DNA of 64,000 nucleotides, taken from the NCBI GenBank assembly GCA_001029775.1, contig CP011215.1, positions 426,303 to 490,302 on the forward strand. The letters run 5' to 3'. This document shows positions 1-13,700 of the stretch, piece after piece. The stretch comes from Candidatus Campbellbacteria bacterium GW2011_OD1_34_28 (GTDB taxonomy: Bacteria; Patescibacteriota; Minisyncoccia; Phycocordibacterales; UBA12079). Below the pieces are notes generated by a model. That model had not been told where the DNA came from. It searched no databases and saw only the letters and a list, made by a program, of their open reading frames with translations. The number at the start of each line of letters is the position of its first letter. The stretch's first letter is position 1. The translations under genes were made by a program, and so were the position numbers.

Positions 1-1
1 T

Positions 2-1456
2 CACGATATGTGGAAATCAGGAGCGAGAGGTTCTCTTGGAAACTTGACTCAGATGGTTGGAATGAAAGGTCTTATTCAAAATACTTTGGGAGAGACAATT
101 GAATTTCCAATTATTTCTTCTTCAAAAGAAGGATTAACTCCGATTGAATATTTCATTACGACTCACGGATCTAGAAAAGGTTTGGCCGACACCGCTTTGA
201 ATACCGCGAAAGCAGGATATCTTACGAGAAGATTGTTTGATGTGGCACAGGATATTGTTATCAACATGGAAGACTGTGGCACAAAAGATGCTATTTTAAT
301 CAAAAAAGCCAACTCGGTTGGATTTGATGTTCCTCTTGAAAAGAGTGTTAAGGGTAGATATTTGGCAAAGGAAGCAAAAGACAAAGACGGAAATGTTTTG
401 TTTAAGAAAGATCATTTTGTTACTAGAGACGATGCAAGAGCAATGGAAAATGCAGGAGTACAAGAAGTGATAGTACGCTCTCCGATGTCTTGTCAGTCTG
501 CAAGAGGTATTTGTCAAAAATGTTACGGATTGGATTTGGGAAGCAACGAATTGGTAAATCTTGGAGAAGCAGTGGGAACAATCGCTGCCCAAGCTATTGG
601 TGAACCAGGAACTCAGTTGACGATGAGAACCTTCCACGCCGGAGGTACAGCGTCTGTTGGTGGAGATATTACTCAGGGTCTTCCCCGTATTGAGGAAATT
701 TTTGAAAGAAGAATTCCAAAGATACCTGCTGTTATCAGCAAAGTAGAAGGTACTGTTATCGAGATTATTGACACTGGTACTGAAAGAGAAATTGTTATTT
801 TGCCAGATGAAGAAGACAAGACAAAAGTAAAGAAAGATAAAAACAATTTGCACCAAGTTCCTTTCAAGAGAATGATTATCGTCAAGGTTGGCGATCATGT
901 TAAGAAAGGAGATTTGCTAACAGACGGTTCTGCTGATATTGCCGAGATGTTTAAATATGCAGGCAAGACAAAAACTCAAGATTATATTATTGATGAGGCT
1001 ACAAAAATCTACGAATTGCAAGGAGCTTCTATTTCAAGAAAACATATTGAAGTTATTATTAAACAAATGTTTTCAAGAAGAAGAGTAAAGAGTTCGGGCG
1101 ATACAAGTTTGACCGAAGGTACTGTTGTCGAAGATTATATGTTGGAAAATGAAAACAAGAGAGTGTCAGCAAAAGGAAAAGAAGAAGCAAAAGCAATACC
1201 TTTGATCTTTGGAATTACAGAAGTAGCGTTGACCAGAGAGAGTTTCCTTTCAGCAGTATCTTTCCAAAATACAACAAAAATGCTTATCAATGCATCATTG
1301 AGAGGTGCAGAAGATAATTTGTTGGGATTGAAAGAAAATATTATTGTTGGAAACTTGATTCCAGCAGGAACAGGGTATGAAGGCAGTCCAAAGAAAGCAA
1401 TGATAGATGAACTACAAGCTGGATTGGCAGATAAAACTGAGAGTTGGGAGGAATAA
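2..1456 (+). CDS. rpoC: RNA polymerase beta' subunit, C-terminal part (5' truncated by the window)
   Basis: Motifs GLADTALNTAKAGYLTRRL, AQAIGEPGTQLTMRTFH, DITQGLPRIEEIFE and GLKENIIVGNLIPAGTG. Confidence 0.98.
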   Translation, partial: HDMWKSGARGSLGNLTQMVGMKGLIQNTLGETIEFPIISSSKEGLTPIEYFITTHGSRKGLADTALNTAKAGYLTRRLFDVAQDIVINMEDCGTKDAILIKKANSVGFDVPLEKSVKGRYLAKEAKDKDGNVLFKKDHFVTRDDARAMENAGVQEVIVRSPMSCQSARGICQKCYGLDLGSNELVNLGEAVGTIAAQAIGEPGTQLTMRTFHAGGTASVGGDITQGLPRIEEIFERRIPKIPAVISKVEGTVIEIIDTGTEREIVILPDEEDKTKVKKDKNNLHQVPFKRMIIVKVGDHVKKGDLLTDGSADIAEMFKYAGKTKTQDYIIDEATKIYELQGASISRKHIEVIIKQMFSRRRVKSSGDTSLTEGTVVEDYMLENENKRVSAKGKEEAKAIPLIFGITEVALTRESFLSAVSFQNTTKMLINASLRGAEDNLLGLKENIIVGNLIPAGTGYEGSPKKAMIDELQAGLADKTESWEE

Positions 1457-1570
1457 TAAAAAAGAATTTTCAATTTTCAATTTAAAATTTTTTGAATTTA
1501 AAAATTAATTTATTAAAAATTGTTTAAAAATTAAAAATTTATAAATTAAAAATTTGCAATAATTCTTATT

Positions 1571-3262
1571 ATGTCAAACAATGTTGAAAAAATTAAAGAT
1601 CGTTTGAATATTGTTGACGTTGTTGGTAGTTATTTAAAGTTGGAAAGGGCGGGAGCAAATTTGAAAGCTCCTTGTCCGTTCCACAATGAAAAAACACCGT
1701 CGTTCTTTGTTTCTCCAGATAGAGGAACATACAAATGTTTTGGTTGTGGAGAAGGCGGAGACATCTTTAGCTTTGTAGAAAAATTTGAGGGAGTAGATTT
1801 TCCTCAAGCAATGAGAATACTGGCAGATAAAGCTGGAGTTGTTCTAGAAAAAGAAGATCCAAAATTAAAAAGTGACAGAGACCGACTGTACAAGGTAATG
1901 GAAGAAGCAACACTTTTTTTTGGGGAAAATTTAAAATCACACAAAGGACCGAGAGATTATCTAGAAAAGAGAGGATTAACACAAGAAACGGTTGATAAAT
2001 TCAGAATCGGTTTTGTAAAAGACGAGTGGAGAAATTTGTATGATTTTTTGAAAACAAAAAATTACAGTGATGAAGAAATTGAGAAAGTTGGACTGATTAA
2101 AAAAACAGATAGCGGTTTTTATGACAGGTTTAGAAATAGAATAATTTTTCCAATTTTTGATAGTTCGGATAGGGTAGTAGCCTTTTCAGGAAGACTCTAC
2201 GAAGATGATGGAAAATCGGCAAAGTATTTAAATAGTCCTGAAACAGTTCTTTTTAATAAATCAAAAATATTGTATGGATACAATTTTGCCAAAAAAGATA
2301 TTCGCGTACGAGGATTTTCAATTTTGGTTGAAGGTCAAATGGACCTTGTGATGTCGCATCAAGCAGGTTTCAGTAATACTGTTGCTACATCGGGAACAGC
2401 CCTAACAGGCGAGCATTTGTCTCTTTTGAAAAGATTGTCAGACAAATTGGTTCTGGCATTTGACGGTGACGAGGCTGGTTTGTCCGCTGCCAACAAAGGA
2501 GCAAAGCTTGCTTTGGGATTAGGAATGGAAGTCAAGCTTGTGGAAATATCGGATAACTTGGATCCTGCAGATGTTATACTGAAAGACAAAAGTGTTTGGA
2601 GCAAGTCTTTGCAGAATACGGTACATATAATAGATTTCAATTTAAATTCTTTATTAAAAAAAGGTTTTGATAAAAGAAGATTGGGATTGGAAATAAAAAG
2701 CAAAGTGCTTTTGTTGGTAAATGAATTGAAAAGTAATATTGAACAAGATTATTTTATAAATTCAATTTCTGGTTCGTCAGGAATCCCGCAAGACATTCTT
2801 TGGAAAGATTTAAAAAATATTGATAGTGGTGAAACGGCAAGAGAGTCCAAAGAAATTATTTATGATGAGAAAAAAACTACCGCAACAGCTAGAAAAGAAA
2901 CACTTCGTGAAATATCAGGAATCCTACATTGGCAAAAAGGTTTGAGTGAACCTATGATAAATATTCAAAAATGGGAAGAAAAATTGTTGGATGTTGTCGG
3001 GGAAGAGCTGTTCAACAAGATTCAAAATTTATCAGAAAATGTAAAGAATGAAATTGTTTTTGAGGCAGAAAATAAACATATAGATGAAAATAATTTAAAA
3101 AATAGAATGGAAGGAGCGTTTGAAAAATTGGAGAAAGATATTTTGTTGGATAGAAGAAAGCAAATTCAAGAAGAAATTTCAAAAGAAACAGACGAAAACG
3201 AGAAAATAAAATTGTTCAATGAGATGCTTGAATTATCAAAAAAAATAGATTCAAAAAAATAA
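1571..3262 (+). CDS. dnaG: DNA primase
   Basis: CHC2 Zn finger [11 protein letters not shown]...[29 protein letters not shown] motifs EGQMD and FDGDEAG. Confidence 0.97.
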   Translation: MSNNVEKIKDRLNIVDVVGSYLKLERAGANLKAPCPFHNEKTPSFFVSPDRGTYKCFGCGEGGDIFSFVEKFEGVDFPQAMRILADKAGVVLEKEDPKLKSDRDRLYKVMEEATLFFGENLKSHKGPRDYLEKRGLTQETVDKFRIGFVKDEWRNLYDFLKTKNYSDEEIEKVGLIKKTDSGFYDRFRNRIIFPIFDSSDRVVAFSGRLYEDDGKSAKYLNSPETVLFNKSKILYGYNFAKKDIRVRGFSILVEGQMDLVMSHQAGFSNTVATSGTALTGEHLSLLKRLSDKLVLAFDGDEAGLSAANKGAKLALGLGMEVKLVEISDNLDPADVILKDKSVWSKSLQNTVHIIDFNLNSLLKKGFDKRRLGLEIKSKVLLLVNELKSNIEQDYFINSISGSSGIPQDILWKDLKNIDSGETARESKEIIYDEKKTTATARKETLREISGILHWQKGLSEPMINIQKWEEKLLDVVGEELFNKIQNLSENVKNEIVFEAENKHIDENNLKNRMEGAFEKLEKDILLDRRKQIQEEISKETDENEKIKLFNEMLELSKKIDSKK

Positions 3263-3267
3263 TAAAA

Positions 3268-4554
3268 ATGTTTATGGTAAAAAAAACCAAAACAAAAAAG
3301 AATAAGGTGAGAGCTGTCGTTAAAAAGACTTCAGTAAAAAAGACACCAGCCAAGAAAAAAGCGATAAAAAAAATCGTGAAAAAAACGCCTGTCAAAAAGA
3401 GTGTCGTTAAAAAAAGTGCCAAAAAAGTTGTTGCGAAAAAGCCAGTGAAAAAGGTTGTAAAAGCTGTTGTAAAAACAAGGCCCAAAAAAGTCCCTAAAAG
3501 TGATAAGGATAAAAAGCTAGAAAAACTTGTTGCACTGGGTAGAGAAAGAGGTTTTATTACTCACGATGGTATCTTGAAAGAATTTCCTAACATTGAGACC
3601 GATGTAGATTTTTTGGAAGACCTTTACACAAAATTTGAAGAAGCCAATATTGATGTCGTGGATAGCGGTGGTATTTTGGGGCTGGATGATCACGACGATT
3701 TGATTAAAAAATCAACAGGAAAATATGACTCAATTCAGATTTATTTGAAAGAAATCGGAAAATACAAATTGTTGTCCGCTGCCGAAGAAAGAGATCTTGC
3801 TCAGAGAATTGAAGCAGGAGAAGAAGAAGCAAAATCTTTGTTGGCGAGAGCAAATTTGAGATTGGTTGTTTCTATTGCTAAAAAATATATTGGTAGAAGT
3901 CCAAACCTCACCCTTCTAGATCTTATTCAAGAGGGAAATCTGGGATTGTTCAAAGCGGTAGACAAATTTGATTGGAATAAGGGATTCAAGTTTTCTACTT
4001 ATGCTACTTGGTGGATTAGACAAGCAATCACCAGAGCGCTAGCTGATCAATCTAGAACAATCAGAATCCCTGTCCACATGGTGGAAACAATTGCAAAATA
4101 TAAACAAATTATGAGAAAACTTTCTCAAGATTTGGGCAGAATGCCTTCTCCAGAAGAAATGGCAGAAGAGATGGATTTGGAGTTGGAAAAAATTTATAAC
4201 ATTCAACAAATAGACCAAGCGACAATTTCTTTGGAAAATCCAGTAGGAGATGATTCTGACAGTAGCAAATCTACACTGGGCGATTTTATTCCAGATGACA
4301 AAATTTTGATGCCTGATCAAAATTCTTCTCGTAGAATTTTGTCAGATCAAGTAAAAGAGATTTTGGAAGAGCTTTCTCCAAAAGAAAGAAAAATTCTTGA
4401 AATGCGACATGGGCTTCTTGACGGTATTACACATACATTAGAAGAAGTGGGAAAAGAATTTGGAGTAACCAGAGAGAGAATTAGACAGATTGAGGCGAAA
4501 GCACATGAAAAGATTAGACAGAGTGACAAGGTAGACAGACTACGAAACTATTAA
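3268..4554 (+). CDS. rpoD: Primary sigma factor (sigma70) with a Lys-rich, histone H1-like N-terminal extension
   Basis: [71 protein letters not shown]; follows dnaG. Confidence 0.97.
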   Translation: MFMVKKTKTKKNKVRAVVKKTSVKKTPAKKKAIKKIVKKTPVKKSVVKKSAKKVVAKKPVKKVVKAVVKTRPKKVPKSDKDKKLEKLVALGRERGFITHDGILKEFPNIETDVDFLEDLYTKFEEANIDVVDSGGILGLDDHDDLIKKSTGKYDSIQIYLKEIGKYKLLSAAEERDLAQRIEAGEEEAKSLLARANLRLVVSIAKKYIGRSPNLTLLDLIQEGNLGLFKAVDKFDWNKGFKFSTYATWWIRQAITRALADQSRTIRIPVHMVETIAKYKQIMRKLSQDLGRMPSPEEMAEEMDLELEKIYNIQQIDQATISLENPVGDDSDSSKSTLGDFIPDDKILMPDQNSSRRILSDQVKEILEELSPKERKILEMRHGLLDGITHTLEEVGKEFGVTRERIRQIEAKAHEKIRQSDKVDRLRNY

Positions 4555-4586
4555 AAAAATAGAGCCTAACGGCTCTATTTTTTTAA
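4551..4586 (+). terminator. Intrinsic terminator after rpoD (A and T tracts on both sides)
   Basis: aaaaaaatagagcc-taac-ggctctattttttt. Confidence 0.85.
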
Positions 4587-4721
4587 TAGTTTATGGTGAT
4601 AAGTAGTAAGTAATAAGGACGAAGCTATCAGCTATAAGCTTCAATTTCTTTATCAACACTTACGCACCCTTTTTTGTTTAAATTAGCCTTAATTATTGGT
4701 ATAATTTGAACAAAGATAAAT

Positions 4722-7700
4722 ATGCAAAGTGAGATATTTTTAAATGGCAAAAGGTATCTTTCAACAAAAAAAGCGACAAAAATCACAGAATTGGATGAAG
4801 AACATATTAAAGACCTATGCCGTGAAGAAAAGATAGATTTTACAAAGGTAGAAGGGGAATATTTTGTTGAATTAGAAAAACTTTTTGAATATAAAAACAA
4901 AACAAACAAGCCGATGATTTTGCCTATAAGAGCATTATCAACGGCTGTTTTGGCAATTCTCTTGATCGGAGCAGGTTACTTTTCAGGAGACATATTAAAC
5001 CAACTCAACAAAACAGGGGAGGCTGTTTTTTCTGCGGTAAAAAACACAAAAGAAATAACATACAAAGTTGGTGCAGAAAAAAGAGATTTGTTCAAAACAC
5101 AAATTCTTGATAGCAATGACAATTCTCCCATCAAAGAAATAAAAGACAGTAAAAATGTAAAAACAGTAGATACATACACACAAGACTTTTTAGATTATTT
5201 AGATGGATTAAAAAACAGAATTGTTTCCGTAACAGCTGATAGCTTACAGCTGATAGCTGATAGCACAAACGAAGATGAAGTTGAAAAAACAGTCGATAGT
5301 CGTCAGTCTATAGTCGATAGCACGGACGGCGTAAACATACTTGCAGGACAAGTAGATCACCTCACTTCGTTCGCGAAGACGGGTGTAAACAATTTAGCAT
5401 TGGTAGTCTACGAAACAGCAAGTCCTGTGGAACAGTTTGCAGTAGGTTGGTATAAGTTTGTTAATAATTTGTTTAGTAACGAAGCTGATAGCTTACAGCC
5501 AACAGCTGATAGCGTTGACGAAGCTGACAGCGGACAGCTAACAACCAACAGCGCGAACGAAGACGACTCGTCCGTCTTTGCGAGCGATAGCGAAGCGGAC
5601 AGAGATGAGATCTCGGAAAATGTTCCTTCAGTTCCCGCAACCCCAAAGACCACCACCATCGTTACAAACCCAATCAGAGAAATAATAAAAGAAACCGTTG
5701 TAGAAAGAGTAATCCAAACATCAGGCGTCACACTGGAAGATTTTCAAAAACTAAACAATGAATTAAGAAGTGAAATCTACAAATTATCTTCTGCTACTAA
5801 TTCTCAAATCACCAATACATATCAAGTAATCTCTGCCACCAACAACATCGACAATCTGGGTAGTGTCACAATCACCGACTCAAACATCAGTTCCTCAAAT
5901 GTCTCAGGAACAGAACTAAGCTTTACCAACGGAACAATTCAAAACCTAACTGTCACAGGCACAGCTACCTCTACATACGGTGGCCCTATTTCTGCAACCA
6001 GTGGAACATACTCTGGCAATCTAACTGTCACAGGCAACACCACCCTAAACACTCTTACCGTATCAGGAGACACAATCTTTGACACAGACACTCTTTACAT
6101 CGATTCAATCAACAACCGTGTAGGCATCGGATCAACAACACCTTCAGATACTCTTTCAGTAAACGGAGCAACATACCTTGCACCAATATCAGCTCCATCA
6201 ATTACCACAGACAGACTTTACAATATCTCCAATGATTTATACTGGGGTGGTAATCTTTTAGCAGGTTCAGCCGTTGGTAATTGGACATCCAACGGAACAG
6301 ATGTTTGGAGAGCAAGTGGAAATGTTGGGATTGGGACGACTTCACCTAGTTACAAATTATCCGTTGATGGTTTTGTTGATGCAAGCGGAACAACCGGAGG
6401 TTACAAAATAGATGGTAACACTATTTTGCAGGCAAGCTCAACAAATTATACTACTTTAGTTGGCCAAGGTGCTGGAAGTTCTTTAACAAGTGCTATTAGA
6501 ACTACAGCTATTGGATATGGGGCTTTGGCTAGCACAACTTCTGGTAATAATAATACCGCGGTTGGATATAACGCATTAAATCTTAATTCGACAGGAATAC
6601 TTAACACTGCCATCGGCTCTTTAGCTTTGTCCGTTAATACTACAGGTGACAGAAATACAGCCACAGGTGCCTTGGCTTTGTATTCAAACACAACAGGTTC
6701 ATATAACACAGGAACCGGCGCTTATTCTCTTAATCTAAATACCACAGGAGCAAATAATTCCGCTCACGGACGATCAGCTATGTATTCAAATACAACAGGA
6801 ACATATAACACAGCAGATGGTATGCAGGCACTTTTTAGCAATACTACGGGAAATAATAATACTGCTAGCGGTTACAGCTCTGCTTACTCAAATTCTACAG
6901 GTGGAAGCAATGTGACTATTGGATACGGTGCCTCTTATCGCAACTCAACAGGAAGTTACAACACGGCGATTGGTCAGGACGCAGGTTTTGGTGTTGCGGG
7001 AAATTCTTATTCAAACAATTCATTTTTTGGATACCGATCTGGTTATGGAATAACAGTAGGAAGTAATAATTTATTATTGGGATATCAGGCTGGTGACAAC
7101 GTTACAACAGGATCAAATAATCTTGTAATTGGTTATGATATCGACGCCCCTTCAGCCACCGCTTCAAATCAACTAAATATAGGAAACTTAATTTACGGAA
7201 CAAATATAAACGGAACAGGGACAACTTTGTCGTCAGGAAACATCGGCATCGGCACCACTTCACCTTTTGCAAAACTTTCCGTCAAAGGAGCAGGAACAAC
7301 AACAGGCATAAACTTCCAAACAACCAATTCAGCTGACACTCCGTTGGTGACTGTTTTGGATAGTGGAAATGTGGGCATTGGGACAAGTAATCCATCGACA
7401 GATTTACATGTCGGCAATAGTAACATTAACAATAGTGTAGATTCTGTAATCCTTGTTTCTAGGTTGGTAGATAATAGTGGTGTTGGTTCTGGAGTTAATG
7501 GGCACGCTTTTTCTGATAGCTCGACGATAACCAGAAGTGGCTCTATAGGATATAATTCTTTTGATGGCAGGACAATCTTTTCAGGATCAAATGATTATAA
7601 TCATTACGCTGTTTTTCAAAACGGAACAACCTATAGTTCGTCTGGAACAATGGGAATTATGTACGGATTTGTTAATGTGCCAACGGTTACAGCAGGAACA

Positions 7701-10700
7701 GTAACCAGTATGTATGGTGTTTATACCGCTGATCCAGTAGGAGCAGGCACAGTAACTAATAATTATGGTTTGTTTGTCCCTCAATTAAGCAAAGGAGCAA
7801 CAAAAAATTATGCTATATATACAGCAGGGACCACACGATCTTATTTTGGTGGAATAATAAATAATAGTGCAGGAATCTTGATAGCACCAAACGATGCTAC
7901 AACAAATCCAGCAAAATTATTTGAAATTCAAACAACATCTGGGACAGAAGCGTCTTTAAGAATAAGACAGCTTTCACAAAATTATTGGGATCTTAAATCT
8001 CCAGCAGGGTCAACTCGTTTTGACATATCAGATGTTTCTGGCACATATTTTTCTATATTGAATGGGGGAAACACCGGTTTGGGAATAACAACACCAACAG
8101 GAAAGTTAGAGATTGCTCAAGCTGGGTCAGATACTATAGCAAGTAGAAACCATTTAATATTCGGAGGATCGGAGGGTACGGATTATTTTGGCATGGGTTT
8201 AGATGCTACTGGTGATTTGATGATTGATAATTTAAATGGAACCGATACTAATGTAATGTCGTTATTGAGTTCTGGCAACGTCGGGATTGGGACGGTTAGT
8301 CCGGGGGCGAAGTTGGATGTTGCAACTGCAATAAATACTGGCAGTTTAACATTAGGAGTTGTCCCCTATACCGGTACTGACAGATATGTTGTTTTGAATA
8401 GTAATGGAATTGCTCTAAAGAACAGTATTACATATGGATGGGGGTCTGGATCAACAGATGCTGGAGGAACAAAGGATACTCAATTTTCACGTCTTTCAGC
8501 TGGAAAGATAAGTGTTGATACTGGCACAGTTGGCAATTCTTTAGGTACTCTTATCGCTGGCAACGTCGGCATCGGAACGACGAGTCCGGCTGCGGCTTTG
8601 GAAGTTCAGGGTAATGTTATCTTTAACGACCGCCTGACAATGAATGGTGATTCGGTTGGTTTATCTGCTAATAACTCAAACTACAATACTATTAAAAGTT
8701 TGTTCAGACCTACTTCAAATGGATTAAATTTAACAGGGGCTTTGGTAGATGCAAATTTTGATAACAACTCAGCAAACCTTACAAATGCCTATGGGTTAAG
8801 GATAACAAACGCCATTTCAGGAACTTATACAACAACAAACGCATATGGGCTTTATGTTGAGCAGCCGACAGGGGCAACGAATAATTATGGGGCATATATA
8901 AACGGCAATGTCGGCATTGGTACCACAACACCTTTCAGAAAGTTGAGTGTAGAAGGTAGTGTGTGGATCAGTGGTGATTTAACCGCTAACTCAATTACTG
9001 CCACAAGTTCAATTTCTGCTCCTTACTTTACAGCGACAGACACCACAGCAACTTCTACTTTTGCTGGTGGTTTAACCGTGGGAACAAATAAATTGGTGGT
9101 GGATAGGAGTACGGGAAATGTCGGCATCGGGACGACAGCATCGGACAGGGCGTTACATATTTCTACTAACTCTACAAACTATCAATTAAGACTTGAACGA
9201 ACTGGGACAACAGCTGGTGCTTCTACCTTATATGCAAACTCATCTTTTGCGCTTGGAATTACGGCAGGTAGCGGAACTGGTACAGGAGTATTTACTCTTG
9301 GACAAACGGGCGGTCTTTCTTTGGGAACATATTATGGAACAAACCCCGGAGCGGGAAGCCTAATACTTCCCGGCAACGTCGGGATTGGAACAACCACACC
9401 ATTTAGAAAGTTGAGTGTAGAAGGTGGTGCGTGGATATCTGGTGATTTAACCGTATCAAATATAACAGCCACATCATCTGTCTATTTATCAAACACCACA
9501 TATGCCGACCAGTCAGGTATTATCTACAAAGGAGCCAATTCTTTTATCCACAATTTCAATTATGGGAACAATGGAACAGTGACGACATTGGGACAAAATA
9601 CTTTTGTCGGAGAATTGGCCGGAAACTTTACAATGGGAAGCACGGCAACAGAGACTTACCATGCAAGTAGAAATACAGCAATAGGTTATCAATCCTTACT
9701 CGCCAACACAACAGGATATTATAACACTGCTAATGGTTATCAAACTTTGCGATTAAACACCACAGGAGGCTACAATACCGCTAATGGTTTGCAATCTTTA
9801 TATTCCAACACCACGGGCAATTACAATACTACTAATGGTGCAAATTCTCTCTATCTTAACACCACAGGCTCTTCTAATGTTGCCGACGGCCATTCTGCTG
9901 GTACTTACATCACCGACGGCGTAACAGCCAACACCACGGGAGACTACAATATCTTTATCGGACGAGACACTAAAGCCCTTGCCGACAACGACCAAAATGA
10001 AATCGTTATCGGCTACAACGCCACAGGGGTAGGAAGCAACTCGGTTGTTTTGGGGAATGATAGTATCACAAAAACGATTTTGAAGGGGAATGTCGGCATC
10101 GGCACCACCTCACCTTTTGCAAAACTTTCAGTAACAGGAGCTGGAACAGGCACTGGCTTGGCTTTTCAAGTTGCAAACTCTGCCAATTCTCCAAAATTTA
10201 CTGTTTTGGATAGTGGAAATGTGGGCATTGGGACGATGGGTCCGGAAGGATTATTGCATATCCATTCTACTAGCGCAGGGGATGTTGTTGCACACGCTTC
10301 TTATAATGATTTTGTGATTGAGGGAGGATCAACTGTAGGTATGAATATTCTTTCCGCGGACGTGGGCCTTTCAGGTCTTGGATTTGGCACGCCGTCAGAT
10401 AATTTAGGTAGCTATCTTCAGTGGGATTTTACGAATAATTTAATGTCCGTTGGAACCGCAAGAACAGGCGGAAATCTTAGATTAGTTACTGGAAATAATG
10501 TGGAGCAGATACGAATACAATCAAACGGCAACGTCGGCATCGGAACAACCACACCTTCCGCAAATTTGGATATTTACTCTAACGTAGACTCTAATTCTCG
10601 ACTGAACATTGATTTGGGGGCTGCTTCTTCGAACATTGGTATTAATCTTATATCGTCATCTATCTCCAGCGGTTCATATTGGATAAAAACAACAGGAAAC

Positions 10701-13700
10701 GATAATGAAGATAGTTTTGTTGTTAGAGGAGATGGGGCTGTCGGAATCGGAACAACAACTCCTTCTGCAAAACTCGATATCTATCAAGGTAATTTGAATT
10801 TGGACAACACCACTTTCGCCAACCAATTTGGAGTGATTTCCAAGGGCGGAACAAGGTTTATCCATAATTTCAACTACGGAAACAACGGAACGGTGACGAC
10901 AGTAGGATACAATACTTTCATTGGAGAAAACGCGGGAAACTTGACGATGGGAAGTACGGCGACTTCGGCTAGTCATGCAAGCTACAATACAGGAGTGGGC
11001 TATCAGTCCTTGCAGGCAAACACCACAGGCTATTTCAACACCGCTATTGGTAATCAATCTTTATTATTAAATACCACAGGTTATCACAACACCGCTATTG
11101 GTAATCAATCTTTGCGTGGTAATACCACAGGTAGTTCTAATACCGCTAATGGTTATCAGTCTTTATATTCCAATACAACAGGAGGATTTAATGCTGCCAT
11201 TGGTTATCAATCTTTACGTTCCAACACAACAGGTGGCTATAATATCGCTTTTGGTTATAACGCTGGTCGCTATATTACAGACGGCGTAACAGAAAACACC
11301 ACAGGAGACTACAATATCTTTATCGGACAAGATACCAAAGCCCTTGCCGACGACGACCAAAACGAAATCGTCATCGGCTACAATGCCACAGGGGTAGGAA
11401 GCAACTCGGTTGTTTTGGGTGCCGATACAATCACAAAAACAATTTTGAAGGGGAATGTTGGCATCGGCACCACCTCACCTTTTGCAAAATTATCAGTAAC
11501 AGGAACCGGAACAGGAACTGGCTTGGCTTTTCAAGTTGCCGATTCTGCCAACTCACCAAAATTCACTGTTTTGGATAATGGAAATGTCGGCATTGGGACG
11601 ACGGCGCCAAGCCAGATTTTACATACTTTCAGAAATGATTCAAATACTACAAATAGTATTGAAATTGAGCAAGATGGCTCGGGAGATTCTTCATTAAGAT
11701 TTTTATTAACAGGAGTTACTGGATGGACAATGGGTGTAGATAATTCTGATTCAGATAAATTTAAGATAGGAAATGCACAGTCATTTTCTACAAGTTTTTT
11801 AAACATAGATGGCGCTGGCAACGTCGGTATAGGAACGGCAAATCCAGGGGCGGAACTTGAGATACAAGCAGACGCAAATACAGGCGGAGCTCCTCAATAT
11901 TCACAATTTTGGATTTCTGGAAAGACAGTTAATACAAAACGATTTTATATTGGTATGGATACGAGCACAAATAAAGGTATTCTTTCCGCAGAAACTGGTG
12001 CTGGGGTTTATGCACCTATTGTTATAAATCCATATGGTGGCAATGTTGGCATCGGCACCACAACACCAGGGGCGAAGTTAGATATTAATGGAAATATGAG
12101 AACCTCCATTGGTTCAGGTGGATTTTTGACATTACATGAGACTGATGCTACAAGACAAAATCAGTTGAGTCTGGGAGCTGACGCAAGCGGTGCGTATTTA
12201 GCTTCAACTTATGCGACTGGAGGAGTTGCAGATATTCGTTTTAGTTTAGCAGGTACAGAAAGGGTGCGCATTCAACAGGGTGGTAACGTCGGCATCGGCA
12301 CCACCTCACCTTTTGCAAAATTATCCGTCAAAGGAGCAGGAACAACCACAGGTGTAAACTTCCAAACAACCAATTCGGCTGACACTCCGTTGGTGACTGT
12401 TTTGGATAGTGGGAAGGTGGGTATTGGGACGACGAATCCTGGTACATTATTACAATTAAATATTGATGGTATAGCTAATACACCAAAGGAAGTATTAAGA
12501 GTGTTTAATGGGCTTGCTTATGGTGTTGGTAATGGTTATGGTGAGGCCCAAATAGGCATCGGACACGCTGTATCGGGTGGATATGTCGGTGGTGGAGCTA
12601 CTTCTGAAACTTCAAGTACTAATGGATATCTATCTTTAGGAAATAGGGTATCTAATGTAATGACAGAAGTAGTTAGAATTACTGATGGCAACGTCGGCAT
12701 CGGGACGACGAGTCCGGGAGCAAAGTTAGTTGTAGTGGGAAATGGTACCGCAAGCGTGGCTATAGGGGGTGGAGCATATACAGACTATTCATCTATATCC
12801 TTGAATGGGAGCCTTGCTTCTGGTCAATACAATCTTTTAAGTGGTTATGCTGACAAGACGCTCTATATTAATCGTCCAGCCGGTGCAGATATTTTATTTA
12901 GGGAAAATAATGGTACTGCACAGATGGTCATAAAACAGACAACCGGCAATATCGGCATCGGCACCACATCACCTTTTGCAAAACTATCCATCAAAGGAGC
13001 AGGAACAACCACAGGTGTAAACTTCCAAACAACCAATTCGGCTGATACTCCGCTGGTGACTGTTTTGGATAGTGGGAATGTCGGTATTGGGACGGTGAGT
13101 CCAGGGGCAATGTTGACTATTGTAGGCACTCCTGCTGGAGGTTCCACGAATGTTGGGTTAAATATATATGACAACACGGGGAATGGTGTCGGAATATGGA
13201 CATCAAACGCAGTTGGAAAAATTGGAACACCGAATGCTGTTGATGTTGCATTTATGGCAAACAATAGTGAGAAAATGAGGATATTACAATCGAACGGCAA
13301 CGTCGGCATCGGGACGACGAGTCCAGGAAGTTTGTTGCATTTATATCAAAATACAGTAGGAGTTGGGACTGGTAATGGATTAATGATTGAACAGGATGGA
13401 GCAGGCGACGCTTTAATGCAGTTTTTATTAACGGGGACAGCTAGATGGCAAATGGGCGTTGATAATAGCGATTCTAGAACATTCAAAATTGGAGTTGGTA
13501 GCGATTGGGCAACAAATATTGGCTTGGCAATTACAACTACAGGCAACGTCGGCATCGGCTCAACCGCTCCAAACTACAAACTAACCGTAAACGGAACAGT
13601 AGCTTTCCAAAGTCTTGCTAACAACGGCACTGGCTATTATGTCTGTGCCAACGCTGGAACAGGAGAACTAGCCACATCAACAACAGCCTGCGGAGCATCA

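Noticed and set aside
9903-11600. Diversity-generating retroelement TR/VR pair within the giant gene
   Set aside because: Differences between the copies include C/T changes and are not adenine-specific; no reverse transcriptase in the window.
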